In this document: positions 54,524 to 64,000 of the stretch, one piece after another
Position numbering within the stretch: position 1 is the first letter of the stretch
Layout: each line of letters begins with the position of its first letter
DNA from: Octopus sinensis
Lineage: Eukaryota
Assembly (NCBI RefSeq): GCF_006345805.1
Contig: NW_021835996.1
Coordinates: 1 to 64,000 of the forward strand
Length of the DNA: 64,000 nt
Direction of reading: 5' to 3'
The notes under the pieces: generated by a model
Databases searched by the model: none
What the model was told of the DNA's origin: nothing
The model's input: the letters and a program-made list of their open reading frames with translations, nothing else
Made by a program: the position numbers and the translations under genes

Positions 54524-55600
54524 ATGGTTAATATTAAAGATGAAGATACATACATTCGAGTAACCTTTATATCGATTACTCCTAAGGAAATTGAACACAT
54601 CATCGAACGTGATTATTTCCCTGGAGTAGAAATGCCCAACGACATCTCATACATAGAACCAATGACTCCTGCGGATCTACCAAGTTCAAGAAGATTGTCA
54701 ACAGGAAAATTAGATCTGACAAACCAATCAACCATCCCAAAACACCCAAAGTCTCTCTCTTTGTCCCTGGATGACTATTTATTGAAAAATCAAAGTGAAG
54801 ATAACGTAGTTTTCTCTCAAATGCTCAAATCTTCCAATGCAGAGAGAGAACGTCACCGGGCAATAATGATCGAGCCAGGAAAGCCAATTCCAGCCCTAAC
54901 AAACCCCCTCCACTTCGTCCCAGACGGATCTGAATTAACTAACGAGGAAAAGTCCCAGCACGAGCAAACAAAGCAAATAATATGCAAAAATTCGACTCGT
55001 TTTTCTGCGGATTTTGTGAGACAACAAAACCGACGAAGCACAGTGGCAGAAGGAACTTTATTGGACAATTCCAGAAAGTCTTTGAGTGGACGAATAGGAC
55101 CAGATGGGCGGGAAATTATTGTATCGGAAGGGGTGGGAAGAAGTGGATATCTCCCTACACCTTCGCCTGTTCCTGGTAATTTGTGTTTGTTGACTGATTT
55201 AGGTGTTGGTGAGTCGCCGATTTTGTGTTGGGGACAAATAGACGGGACCCCGATGAGATTGGCAGGATCGACACCAATTCGAGAATTTAAGGTATTCTAG
55301 CGAGTAAGGATTGTTGTAGATTCCCGAGATTCCTCTCAGAGATAAAATTGGATTTGATTTATGCAATCAAGCAAAGAAGGAAAAGCAACGAAAGAGGGAA
55401 CTCAGTTCTATCAATTCGTTTTAATTTGAATGGGTGACTTTGCCTAGTTCGAAGAGGAGTTCTTCTATTCGGAACTCTTTCGAGTCGTTTTCTCCGGCGG
55501 CCAGAAATTTGTTTATGAACAGAGTTTCCAGTTCTCGACGGTTTGTTTTTATTTTTATCGTAGACAAACGCCCCTCTTAAAAAACGTCAAAAAGGACTAA
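54524..55600 (+). CDS. ESS2: Splicing factor ESS-2 (DGCR14)
   Basis: DEDTYIR|EIEHIIERDYFP, LSLDDYL..NQSEDN..F, TPSPVPG..SPILCWGQIDGTP, FK|IPE and SPAARNL. Confidence 0.85.
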
Positions 55601-56249
55601 TTTTGTTTTTAATAAATGATTTTAAGTTTCTTACCTATTTTGTTTTAAATTATTTTTGAAAAGTAGGAGAGGACGGTTGTTTTTATTTATTTGGACAACG
55701 TCTATCAAACCAGGTAATAACAGTAAGGATCTATTTCCAATGCAGACGGGAATAAACTTAATTTTTTTGACGCCTTTGTGGACTCAATTTTAGTCATTTA
55801 GGAAAAAATTAGTTAATCAAATTATTTATGTAATATAAGTGTGACTTCATATATTTTGATTTATAGAGATAAGTTGTCAGCAGAATTATAACTTTTTGAC
55901 ATGTGTTAAAATAATACAAACAAGGCAAGACCATTACGCAATAATGTGAGTGCTTGGTTTGACTTCTAAGGACTTCTAGATCTCAGACCCTGGGACATCG
56001 TCGTCTCAGGCCGATCATGCGGGCAGGATCGAACCTTTCAGTAGGATCTCCCTCGTTTGGATCGGCGATCACGGGGATTATAATAATTAACTGGCTTTAC
56101 CCGTGTTTGGTCTTTAATAAATAAATAATCAGTATATAGAAATATATAATAGGTCTTAAAATCAAATCAGTTTATGAAAACACGAGTTCAAATCCCCAAG
56201 AAAGGTTCTGAGTCGATTTAAAAATATAAAAATAAAAACAGCTATAAAT

Positions 56250-57050
56250 TAAATATAGTGCACTGACATCCATGGACAAAATTTTTCTATATTTGTACTC
56301 GGCACAGATAATCTATAACGAAATCACCCAGAGGCCTAAGCCAAAGAGTAAGTGGAAGGAGAACATTTACGAAGATAGTTGCAAGAAAGACCGAGCTGGA
56401 AGCGCTGACTGAGCAAATTTGTAATGTGAGTAAAGGGGTCCCTCTTGGTGCGTACTTTACTTCGTCAGGAACAAGCTGCCAAATGGGACATCAACGAGTT
56501 AAGGCGTGTCCGGGCAGAGAGGGAGGAGCTGATTCTCGTTTATCAGAAGAAGCTCTCAACTCATGAGTCTCGGTGTCAGCGCAGGCGAGAGAACAACCTG
56601 TTTGAGTTTAATCGCAGGCTGTTCTATCGACGGTTGCACGGAGAGACGAAGGAGGGTACCCAGCAAACGGCAGAAATGCTTGATACATGTGGGAGTATGT
56701 GGAAAGCACGTCCTCGCAAGCGTATTTCGTTTCCGTTTTGTAGATCCGATGCTCCCTTGATGACCTAGTCTTGTGATGTTTCTGACATCCGCAAGAAGTT
56801 CGATGAGGCAGTAACCCGTCTCTCTGACTGGAAGACATTTGGGATCGATAAGGTGTATAATTTCTTTCTAAAAAATTGCAAACCAATCCATGATTGCATG
56901 TGTCGAGCAATAGAACAGTTTACACTTGATCCTGGCTCGATTCCAGAGTGGTTATGTACTGGAGTCACTTATTTGATCCCCCATAGTAAATACCCCTTCC
57001 GCTCCAACAGATTATCGTCCGATAACGAAAAGTCAAAATACTCGGAATAA
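56250..57050 (+). mobile_element. R4/Dong-like non-LTR retrotransposon, degenerate fragment upstream of the RT core
   Basis: RRRENNLFEFNRRLFYRRL, DWKTFGIDKVYNFFLK and IPEWLCTGVTYLIP. Confidence 0.65.
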
Positions 57051-58299
57051 CCTATGATACCTCCCTGTCATTTTGCCAGCAAATTGAAAACCTGACTTAT
57101 AAATATAAAATAAATGCCCTCGCTTACTCACAGGAATTGATTTTAAACAAAAAAAAGAAAGCCTAAAATATTTTGCCTTAGCAAGTATAATAAAAAAACA
57201 TCAAATTTGCAATCTCACGACAATACCAACCCTTGATAGGAACATCAAAAACACGCCAGAACTACATTAGAGTCGTACTTAAACGCATTCACTAACAAAA
57301 AAGCAACGCATTCCAAAGTGTCACATAAGTTTTATATAATTTTCTGACAATTCCCTCCCACGTTAACACAATCGGAATGATTTTAATTTTTCGAATTATA
57401 TTTCCCCCCCAGTAGATCATATTTGTGTCTGTAAAAAACAACATGAAACTTTTGCCTTCGTGATATTATTTCCCTTAACAGCCATTCCAAATACATTGCA
57501 ATATCAACAACCGTGATTAATCTTCATCACAAAGTATTTAAATAACAGAGAGTGTAAATATTTGTGGTTAATCTTCATCAAGAACGATTCTTTTGGGGTT
57601 TGTTTTATTTGTTGTACCTCCACTTCTAGACTCAATATTTATTTTATATTTCAATAAATAGAAATTCACTGAAATTATCTGCTATTTGTATTAGGATTAA
57701 ACACTAAGTATAAACACAAACAATCGTTGGATTTTATTCTAAATTTTGTTAATATTTTAATATTCAACCCCAACACAAGTAAGTACACCTTTCCTCCACT
57801 ACGTTTAATATCCCTTACTCTAATGACTTCAACCTTAAAGACCGTCGAAAAAATCTTGATACAGCTGAAAACTACTTACAATGTAAAATTGACCCAATAA
57901 ATAATTCAAACGTGTAAGTCAAAGGGAAAAAATTAAACCTTTTGAAACATTAGATTTATTTATCATCATCCAGCAAATCAAAACTGATTTTCAGTACAAA
58001 TATATTCTCTCTTTGTAATTACAAATTGCCAAACCTTATAAATTTGGAAATAAGGCATTTCGCTGCTCCGAGTCTCGCCTACTTTGGAGTACTGGAGTCT
58101 TGAACAGTTCAAGCTAGAGGTTTTGTTATGAATAAGTTTGAACACAGTAGATAACTTCCGTCATTATCTTAGTCTACGATGTCACAACAATTTTGTGAAA
58201 TAACTAGATTATCAAAAATACCAAAAAAACCTTTTCTTATTTTGTTTGATGTTTTGTGTATTATTGTATATGTCAGAAACAAATTTGTTGAGTTTTGGA

Positions 58300-59060
58300 C
58301 AAAAAAATAAAATAAATAATTACTTAACTTTTTTTCCACAGTACTTTACTTCTCAGCTGCGTTAGGCAAATTTACTCTTATAATCATCTTCTGTTTAATT
58401 GTTCTCACTTATCTATTGAAGTGACACACACTTCGATGAGCAATATTAAATTCGCTTTTAGTCGATATCAGGCTTGTTATATTGTATTTTTAGTTTAGTT
58501 ATGATTGTAATACCGACCCGAATTTCTGCAAATCTATTTGACATAATACACTGCACAAAGTGATTTTTCAATTTCTTAGACTTTTTCATTCTAAATTGCG
58601 ACATAAATGCATTTGAATACACCCAAAATCTCAATATGCTTTCTGATTTAATCAAAATTTAACATCCTATTTTATTACTTTCTATAACAAAATTGCTGCT
58701 TTTCTCAACAAGATTAACTTTCGCCTTTCTAAGTTGGCTTTGAAGTTCAACATGTTTTTCTATGCCTTAAAATTAACCGATAAACTTTCTCTCTAAATGT
58801 AGATACTTATTTTATAGGCTGGCTTCGTGTCTATTTTTATGTCAACCAATAGCTTTCTGACATATTTCCAGATTGAGAATACCGATATAATAGTTAAACC
58901 GTGAAAGAGCATGCTCATTCATTGCTCTAAGTAGATTGATTGCACTTGGTTTGAATTTTAATAGTCTTCCAATATGGTGTTCCATTTCTTATTTAATATT
59001 TTGAGTACATCCTCTTTAATGACTTCACTGCATCTGTCTTCTAGCACTTTCAAATAACGA
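58300..59060 (-). mobile_element. R4/Dong-like non-LTR retrotransposon 3' fragment
   Basis: RLLKFKPSAINLLRAMNEHALSRFNYYIGIL and a REL-like AEIRV..I.TKLKIQYNKPDI. Confidence 0.55.
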
Positions 59061-59108
59061 TAGCTATTTAGTCTATCAATCAATACAGTTTCATTTCTTA
59101 ATAAATAA

Positions 59109-59943
59109 CAGTCAGACAACGGAACAGAATTCAAAAATTCTCATGTGACAAAAGTATGTGAAGAGTTTTGTGTTCGACAAATACATGGAAGACCAAACAA
59201 TCCCCAGAGTCAGGGAATTGTTGAACGATTTAATCAGACGGTCACAAGGAGCCTTTCAAAAATTATAAGTTTGGATGACACCAAAGAGTGGGTAAAACAC
59301 ATAAGAAAGACTGTGTTTTTGTACAATCAAACATCTCATTCATCTACAGGTGAATTATTTGTCTTAAATTTTTTGCAGGCGTTAGCCCCTTTGAGAGATA
59401 TCGTGGAATTCCTGGATTCAATACTGTTTCAGGAAATACTGATATAGAGGCAGCTGAACTTCAATACACTCCCGAAACTAACAGTAAATGTTTTAAATTC
59501 ACCTAAAGATGAATTCGAATTCAACTTCCCAAAAGTTAACTTGGATTCTCCATATTATAAGAGAATGAACAGGAAGATTGGAGTGCATGTGTCTAAATAT
59601 GAATTAAACATTGGAGACATTGTATTTATTTTATAATTACTTAAAAGGTTCGCATTCAAAAAGATTATGGGACGAATCCTTCCTTGAGATTAACCAGGTT
59701 TGAACATCCATACGGGGATCCATTCACTATTGTTGCAAAATTGTCTAACAATTTTGTCAATGTGAAAAATAGTGATGGATCAGTAATGAAAGTACATGCC
59801 AAACGACTCAAGAAGTTAGATAACAGTCAGAAATAATAATTGTCCTTGATCTATCAATAAAATAAGTTATTTTGACATTGATTGACATTGAGTAAATTTG
59901 ATTGGTGGCGTCTAGCGCTCGGTCGCTCGCTCGGCTCGCGACA
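59109..59943 (+). mobile_element. 5'-truncated Ginger-like integrase transposon with three micro-introns and a right terminus
   Basis: QSDNGTEFK, PNNPQSQGIVERFNQT and YNQTSHSST|GVSPF. SH3-like tail IGDI|VRI...PY.DPFTIV...VHAKRLK*. The terminus ...CGCTCGGCTCGCGACA reads TGT-first on the reverse strand. Confidence 0.75.
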
Positions 59944-59952
59944 TAATAAATC

Positions 59953-60630
59953 TCATAAAAAACCAATCAAAAAATTTAGTAGCAGGATCATTCGGTAGTG
60001 TCCATGTACTAGGTATATTCCGCATTTTTGTTTGGTCTCTTGTGAACATCCGATGTCAGCGCGATATTTGTCCATGTTACAAAGAGCTTGCTGTTTCCAG
60101 GGCTGGCAGAGCCTACGAACGTTGAAAGATAGAATAAATAGCTCACCCGGTTGTAGTGTGTGTGTTTTAGACATAGTTCAGGAGAGGCACGTCACCACCT
60201 CAATCAAAAAAACCCGTCTTAATGTATAATTTATCTACATGGGGCATTTCTGATACCGAACTAAGGAATATTGACTTCTTTCACAGAAAACAACTTGGTG
60301 TCCTAAATGGAGTACACTGGCCTCAGAAAATCATCCCTCTACAGGCTCAGAAACTCGGTGCCAATCAGCCGTAACATCATAGACGGTCGCTGGAGACAAT
60401 TCGGACACGTTCTAAGAATGGACCCAACCTGCCTACCAGGCCATGGAAAAATACTTCCTGTCGGATGCACCAAAATTCCGTGGACGACCCTGAACAACAC
60501 TGCCGGCCTGTCTGCAATACGACCTAACTTGCGAAAGGGAAAACACTAAACAACTGCGATGACCTGGACGAACTCTGCAGGCAGGCCCAAAACCGCGGGA
60601 AGTAAAAAACGATGGTTAAGAAGATTATAT
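59953..60630. mobile_element. RTE-like LINE with an inverted 5' piece (minus, 59953-60200) joined to a 3' piece (plus, 60205-60630)
   Basis: Minus strand: MSKT..ILSFNVRRL...DIGCSQET. Plus strand: KPVLMYNLSTWG..FHRKQL..WPQKI...WRQFGHVLRM. Confidence 0.7.
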
Positions 60631-61857
60631 CGTCTGTGGCATGTGTAGGAATATGACTTATTCTGTTCATATTTCTACGAAAATTGCTATAATAATTTTT
60701 TATCTTACAAGTCGAATAAGGTACAGTAAATATTTAAAGTTGAAGCCGAAAATTTTGTTTTTGTTTGGTAAAGTTTATTTTTGTAGTTGTTTTTTAATTA
60801 AGCAGATCATCTGTATTAACAGGTTTTTTGAAGTGATGATGTTATCGCTTATTTTGTCAACTAATTTTTCTTTTTGATTTTTAGTGAAATGATCTTTAGC
60901 AATTCGGGACTATATAGTGCCCACAATAAAAATAGGTTTGCTAAATTTAACTAAAACTATCTAAATTTTGTCAGGCACAAACAATAATCATGATGCAAAG
61001 AATGCAAAGACAGTGGAAAGGAGTCGTTTGTGTTGATCAACATACACCTCCAAAACTTTATTACAGTTTTCCGTATAGGTGGGGAGTTTTTATAGGCCCA
61101 GTTCCCATTTCTGTCAGCCTTCTACCGTCCCTGACAGAACTTGATTTGTTTTTCAACAAGATTCTGCGTAATGAAAAGTTCTGGATTTGAACTCACGACG
61201 GCCGTACACCAGAATCCCAAGCATACTCTTCAGCCAAAAAAATTGGTCAATACATTGAACCATAGTTTTTCTACTCTTGTGCTTCACGGAGACCGCTTTT
61301 ATCTTGGACATATTCGAGTAAAATCAAGGAGCATTGACAGCATATTTTCTCTCATAAAGTAGGTCAAATAAGTCACGGAACGCCTATCCTTTTTTTAATT
61401 TGACATGTTTTATAATGATTACTATTTTTGATATCTTTTATAACTTTTATAATGAAATCATGTATTCTTTTCAACCTTTTTTCTATTAATTATTTTCACG
61501 AATTTCAAATAAATATCATTGAAACTGCACTTTAATTAAAAAATGTCAAATTTTATGTGGGAAAAAGTGATGGGACTATCAAAGAAATATGGATTTTTAT
61601 CTTTTATATCTTTTAAATAGACTTCCCATTCAGGGGATGTAGGTCTCTTGTTTAGAACACGTGTTGATTCCCGGTCGGATATATTGTTTTTGTAAAAGTT
61701 CAATTTTAAAAAAAAAGATATGAAGGTTGTATGAATGATTATCTTTTGTTAGCTTCTTTTTTTAAAATAATTGATTAGCCGTAATTTCAGTGAAATTGAT
61801 TAATAGATTCTGATTAGTATAAATACACTTTCATTTTTTGTTCATATTAAAATGATC

Positions 61858-62035
61858 ATGCCGAAGAGAAAATAGCATTTTTTTGACCTGAAACAACGAG
61901 TTGTACCGGCCTGCCAAAGAGATAAAAGTTATGGAGAGATTTCCAAATTGCTGATATTACCCCAAAGTACTGTTTGGAATATTATTATCCGATTGAAACA
62001 AGACGGAACTGTCATTAATCGACCAAGATCAAGTA
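61858..62035 (+). mobile_element. Tc1 transposase N-terminal fragment
   Basis: MPKRK*...LKQRVV...KSYGEISKLLILPQSTVWNII.R...GTVINRPRS. Confidence 0.6.
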
Positions 62036-62136
62036 ATATATTTGCTATTTCCAGGTAGGGTTTTCCAACTTAAAAATAAGCAGGGTATCATATTAAAATT
62101 ATAAAATTTAATTATTCGTTCTATTCAAATATAACT

Positions 62137-63170
62137 TTAAAGTGAAAAAAGAAGCAATTCTAAGTAAGACACACAAATGCAGCGAACTGCAAAATTCCTA
62201 TAGAACTCAATATCCAGAGCACCCATATTATCCAAAACATTGTGACCAGTGAAAAACATACATCTCTGAGGATTAGCACACTGTAGTTTCCCCCGATCGA
62301 ATTCATACGATGTCTGAATTCCTCCCAAAAATACATGATAATAGAAAAGTATAAAAACCACCGTAAATAAGAAGGAATTGAATTAACTGGGATAAAATAT
62401 CCAGAAAAAAGAAGCATAGGTGTAGTCATAACAGGGGCTAAGAACACTCCAGTCTAAGTAATAAACCCACATAAACATACTTCCATAGAACAGCTAGTTC
62501 CAATCAGCAGACCCAACGACTGCGAGACCAATCCAGTTAGAATACAAATAGTAAGATATAATATAAATCGAAATCCATCACTCGACTGTGCAGTCATCCA
62601 GTATATAATCGTCCCGTACATCACAAAAAGAATGATCTAAATATACCACCACATTCCACCTGTAGAGGAATATCTGCAAATGTCTTGGCCATATAACAAG
62701 AGAATAGTGGATACCACGAATTCAACTGTTCTCTCAATAATACTTCTCTTTCACTGGGACTATTATACTAATTAAGATTGTTACAAGATAAAACAGTCGG
62801 CATTAGGGAGAGATCCATTATAAACATGATTGAAATGAACTTTAAGGAAGAATTCATTAAAGTTGAGTCATTCTTAGTTCCCACATTTAAATAAAGCAGT
62901 CCAACAACTATGGCCAACCCCAAATGTGATATCAATCGAAGACAATGCCTGAAATACTTTTTGAGTAAATATAAACCAACCGAGTCTTGAAAAAAACATT
63001 TGGTTGTTCTGATTAGAAAGATATAAAACTGATATATAAAAGATGTAGGAAAATGTTGCATTTTCTCTAATATTATCAAATTATATAACTTTTGACCGCA
63101 TTTTTGAATTGCCTGAAGCTTGACTGTTACTAAAAACAGAGCGACGTTGAGCAGCTAAATATAAACAAAG
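62137..63170 (-). pseudogene. ABCG (white/ABCG1-like) transmembrane half; the NBD is missing and the gene is cut off by a pogo terminus
   Basis: TSFIYQFYIFLIRT, LRLISHLGLAIVVGLLY and FLAPVMTTPMLLFSGYFIPVNSIPSYLRW. Frameshifts and stops present. Confidence 0.75.
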
Positions 63171-63172
63171 TA

Positions 63173-63240
63173 CAGTCTAACCCCGGCTGGGGCATCAAAG
63201 TGCCCCGAAAGCGGCGGTGCCCTTTCAAACAGGGGCCTGG
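63173..63240. mobile_element. pogo-type terminal inverted repeat
   Basis: TA-CAGTCTAACCCCGGCTGGGGCA...AGTGCCCCGAAAGCGGCGGTGCCC resembles the reverse complement of the right end of 42172-43985. Confidence 0.65.
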
Positions 63241-63285
63241 TTCAAACTATTGAATTATTTGAATAATATTAAAAAAATTCAAAAT

Positions 63286-64000
63286 ATGGATTTTCGAAGT
63301 GGTTATTTGAGAGGAATAAGCAAATATAAAAATACCATCGTAGAACCTAAATGGGATTATGGTACAGCCGGTTATCGGGGATGCGCCGATACATTGAAAC
63401 TACTTTTTTTCAAAGTTGGATTGTTTGCCTCTGTTCGGTCTATCTCTCTTAAATCAAATATCCGCTTAATGATTACAGCATTCCACAACCCTCCAGAAGA
63501 TAATGGAATAAAAATAGTAGACCCAGGTGGAGGAATGATGGTTCAAGAAGATGAAGAATTTTGTAATGAATTTGTTAACTCGAATGACCAACAATTATTA
63601 TCATCACTGCTTGATATACTAAAAACGAAAAATAAAACAAAAACTAATATTATAATCGGATACGACAGCCGAGGCTCCTCTCTTGAACCTTTATTATGTT
63701 TAATGGATGGAATTGATCTTTTTGTTGATTATATCGTTCCCATCAATATTGGACTCACCACAACTCCATGTCTGTATTTTTCCGTGTTTTATAACAACGA
63801 AAAATGTTGGAATCCTGAAAATTCAATCGAAATTTATTTAACTCGGCTTATCGGAGGCTATAAAAAAGCTACAGATCTTATAAATAAAGACTTTTTCAAA
63901 TCTTCCATCCTTATGTGCCAATGGAGTTGCTTCCGTCGTTCTCAGTGAAAGTTCCATAAAATCCACAATTTTTGATTATAAATTGAATAATGCAGCAATT
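63286..64000 (+). pseudogene. PGM3: Intronless phosphoacetylglucosamine mutase copy, apparently inactive (runs off window)
   Basis: YGTAGYRG, MITAFHNPPEDNGIKIVDP (canonical TASHNP), IGYDSRGSS and GLTTTP. A frameshift at the DCANG motif near 63915. Confidence 0.8.

Noticed and set aside
56015-56110. tRNA or tRNA-derived SINE (minus-strand GGTTCGATCC B-box-like motif)
   Set aside because: I could not fold a cloverleaf or find a convincing A-box at the right spacing.
59109-59943. Ty3/Gypsy LTR retrotransposon
   Set aside because: There are no LTRs, gag, protease or RT next to any of the four copies, and retained introns are not expected in an element that passes through spliced RNA.
60960-61380. 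Possible MULE transposase fragment on the minus strand
   Set aside because: Only a weak TVEG-like resemblance among many stop codons.

Overview
Eukaryotic nuclear DNA, most likely from an animal. It is AT-rich, uses the standard genetic code, and about half of the window is transposon-derived. Host genes are interrupted roughly every 100 bp by very short GT-AG introns; the 12 introns of HDAC1 are 23-29 nt. This architecture matches the one reported for dicyemid mesozoans, although the taxon is an inference. Recognisable host genes are RIOK1, a ZIFL-type MFS transporter, a multi-C2H2 zinc finger gene, an AIG1/ADTRP-like gene, an MRP1-type ABCC, WBP11, MRPL2, GFM1, HDAC1, ESS2, an ABCG transmembrane half and an intronless PGM3 copy. 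Several carry 1-bp indels, which could reflect pseudogenisation or consensus errors. Transposons include Buster-type hAT, pogo, Tc1, IS630-like and Ginger-like DNA elements, plus RTE-like, Jockey/I-like, R4/Dong-like and CRE non-LTR elements, often nested. The main finding is that DNA transposons from three unrelated groups (hAT-Buster, pogo, Ginger) carry host-type 25-33 nt spliceosomal introns. One hAT (7670-9916) looks broken in the ORF track but splices into an intact transposase of about 587 aa; retaining one intron would give a truncated product, as in P-element regulation. Other notable items: an IS630-like family with 21-bp subterminal arrays, a 2A/StopGo-like motif, two LINE copies with 5' inversions, a partial GFM1 duplication with microhomology junctions, and a PGM3 copy sitting directly inside a pogo terminus. 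Gene models and intron calls were made by hand translation without database searches, and boundaries of decayed elements are approximate.
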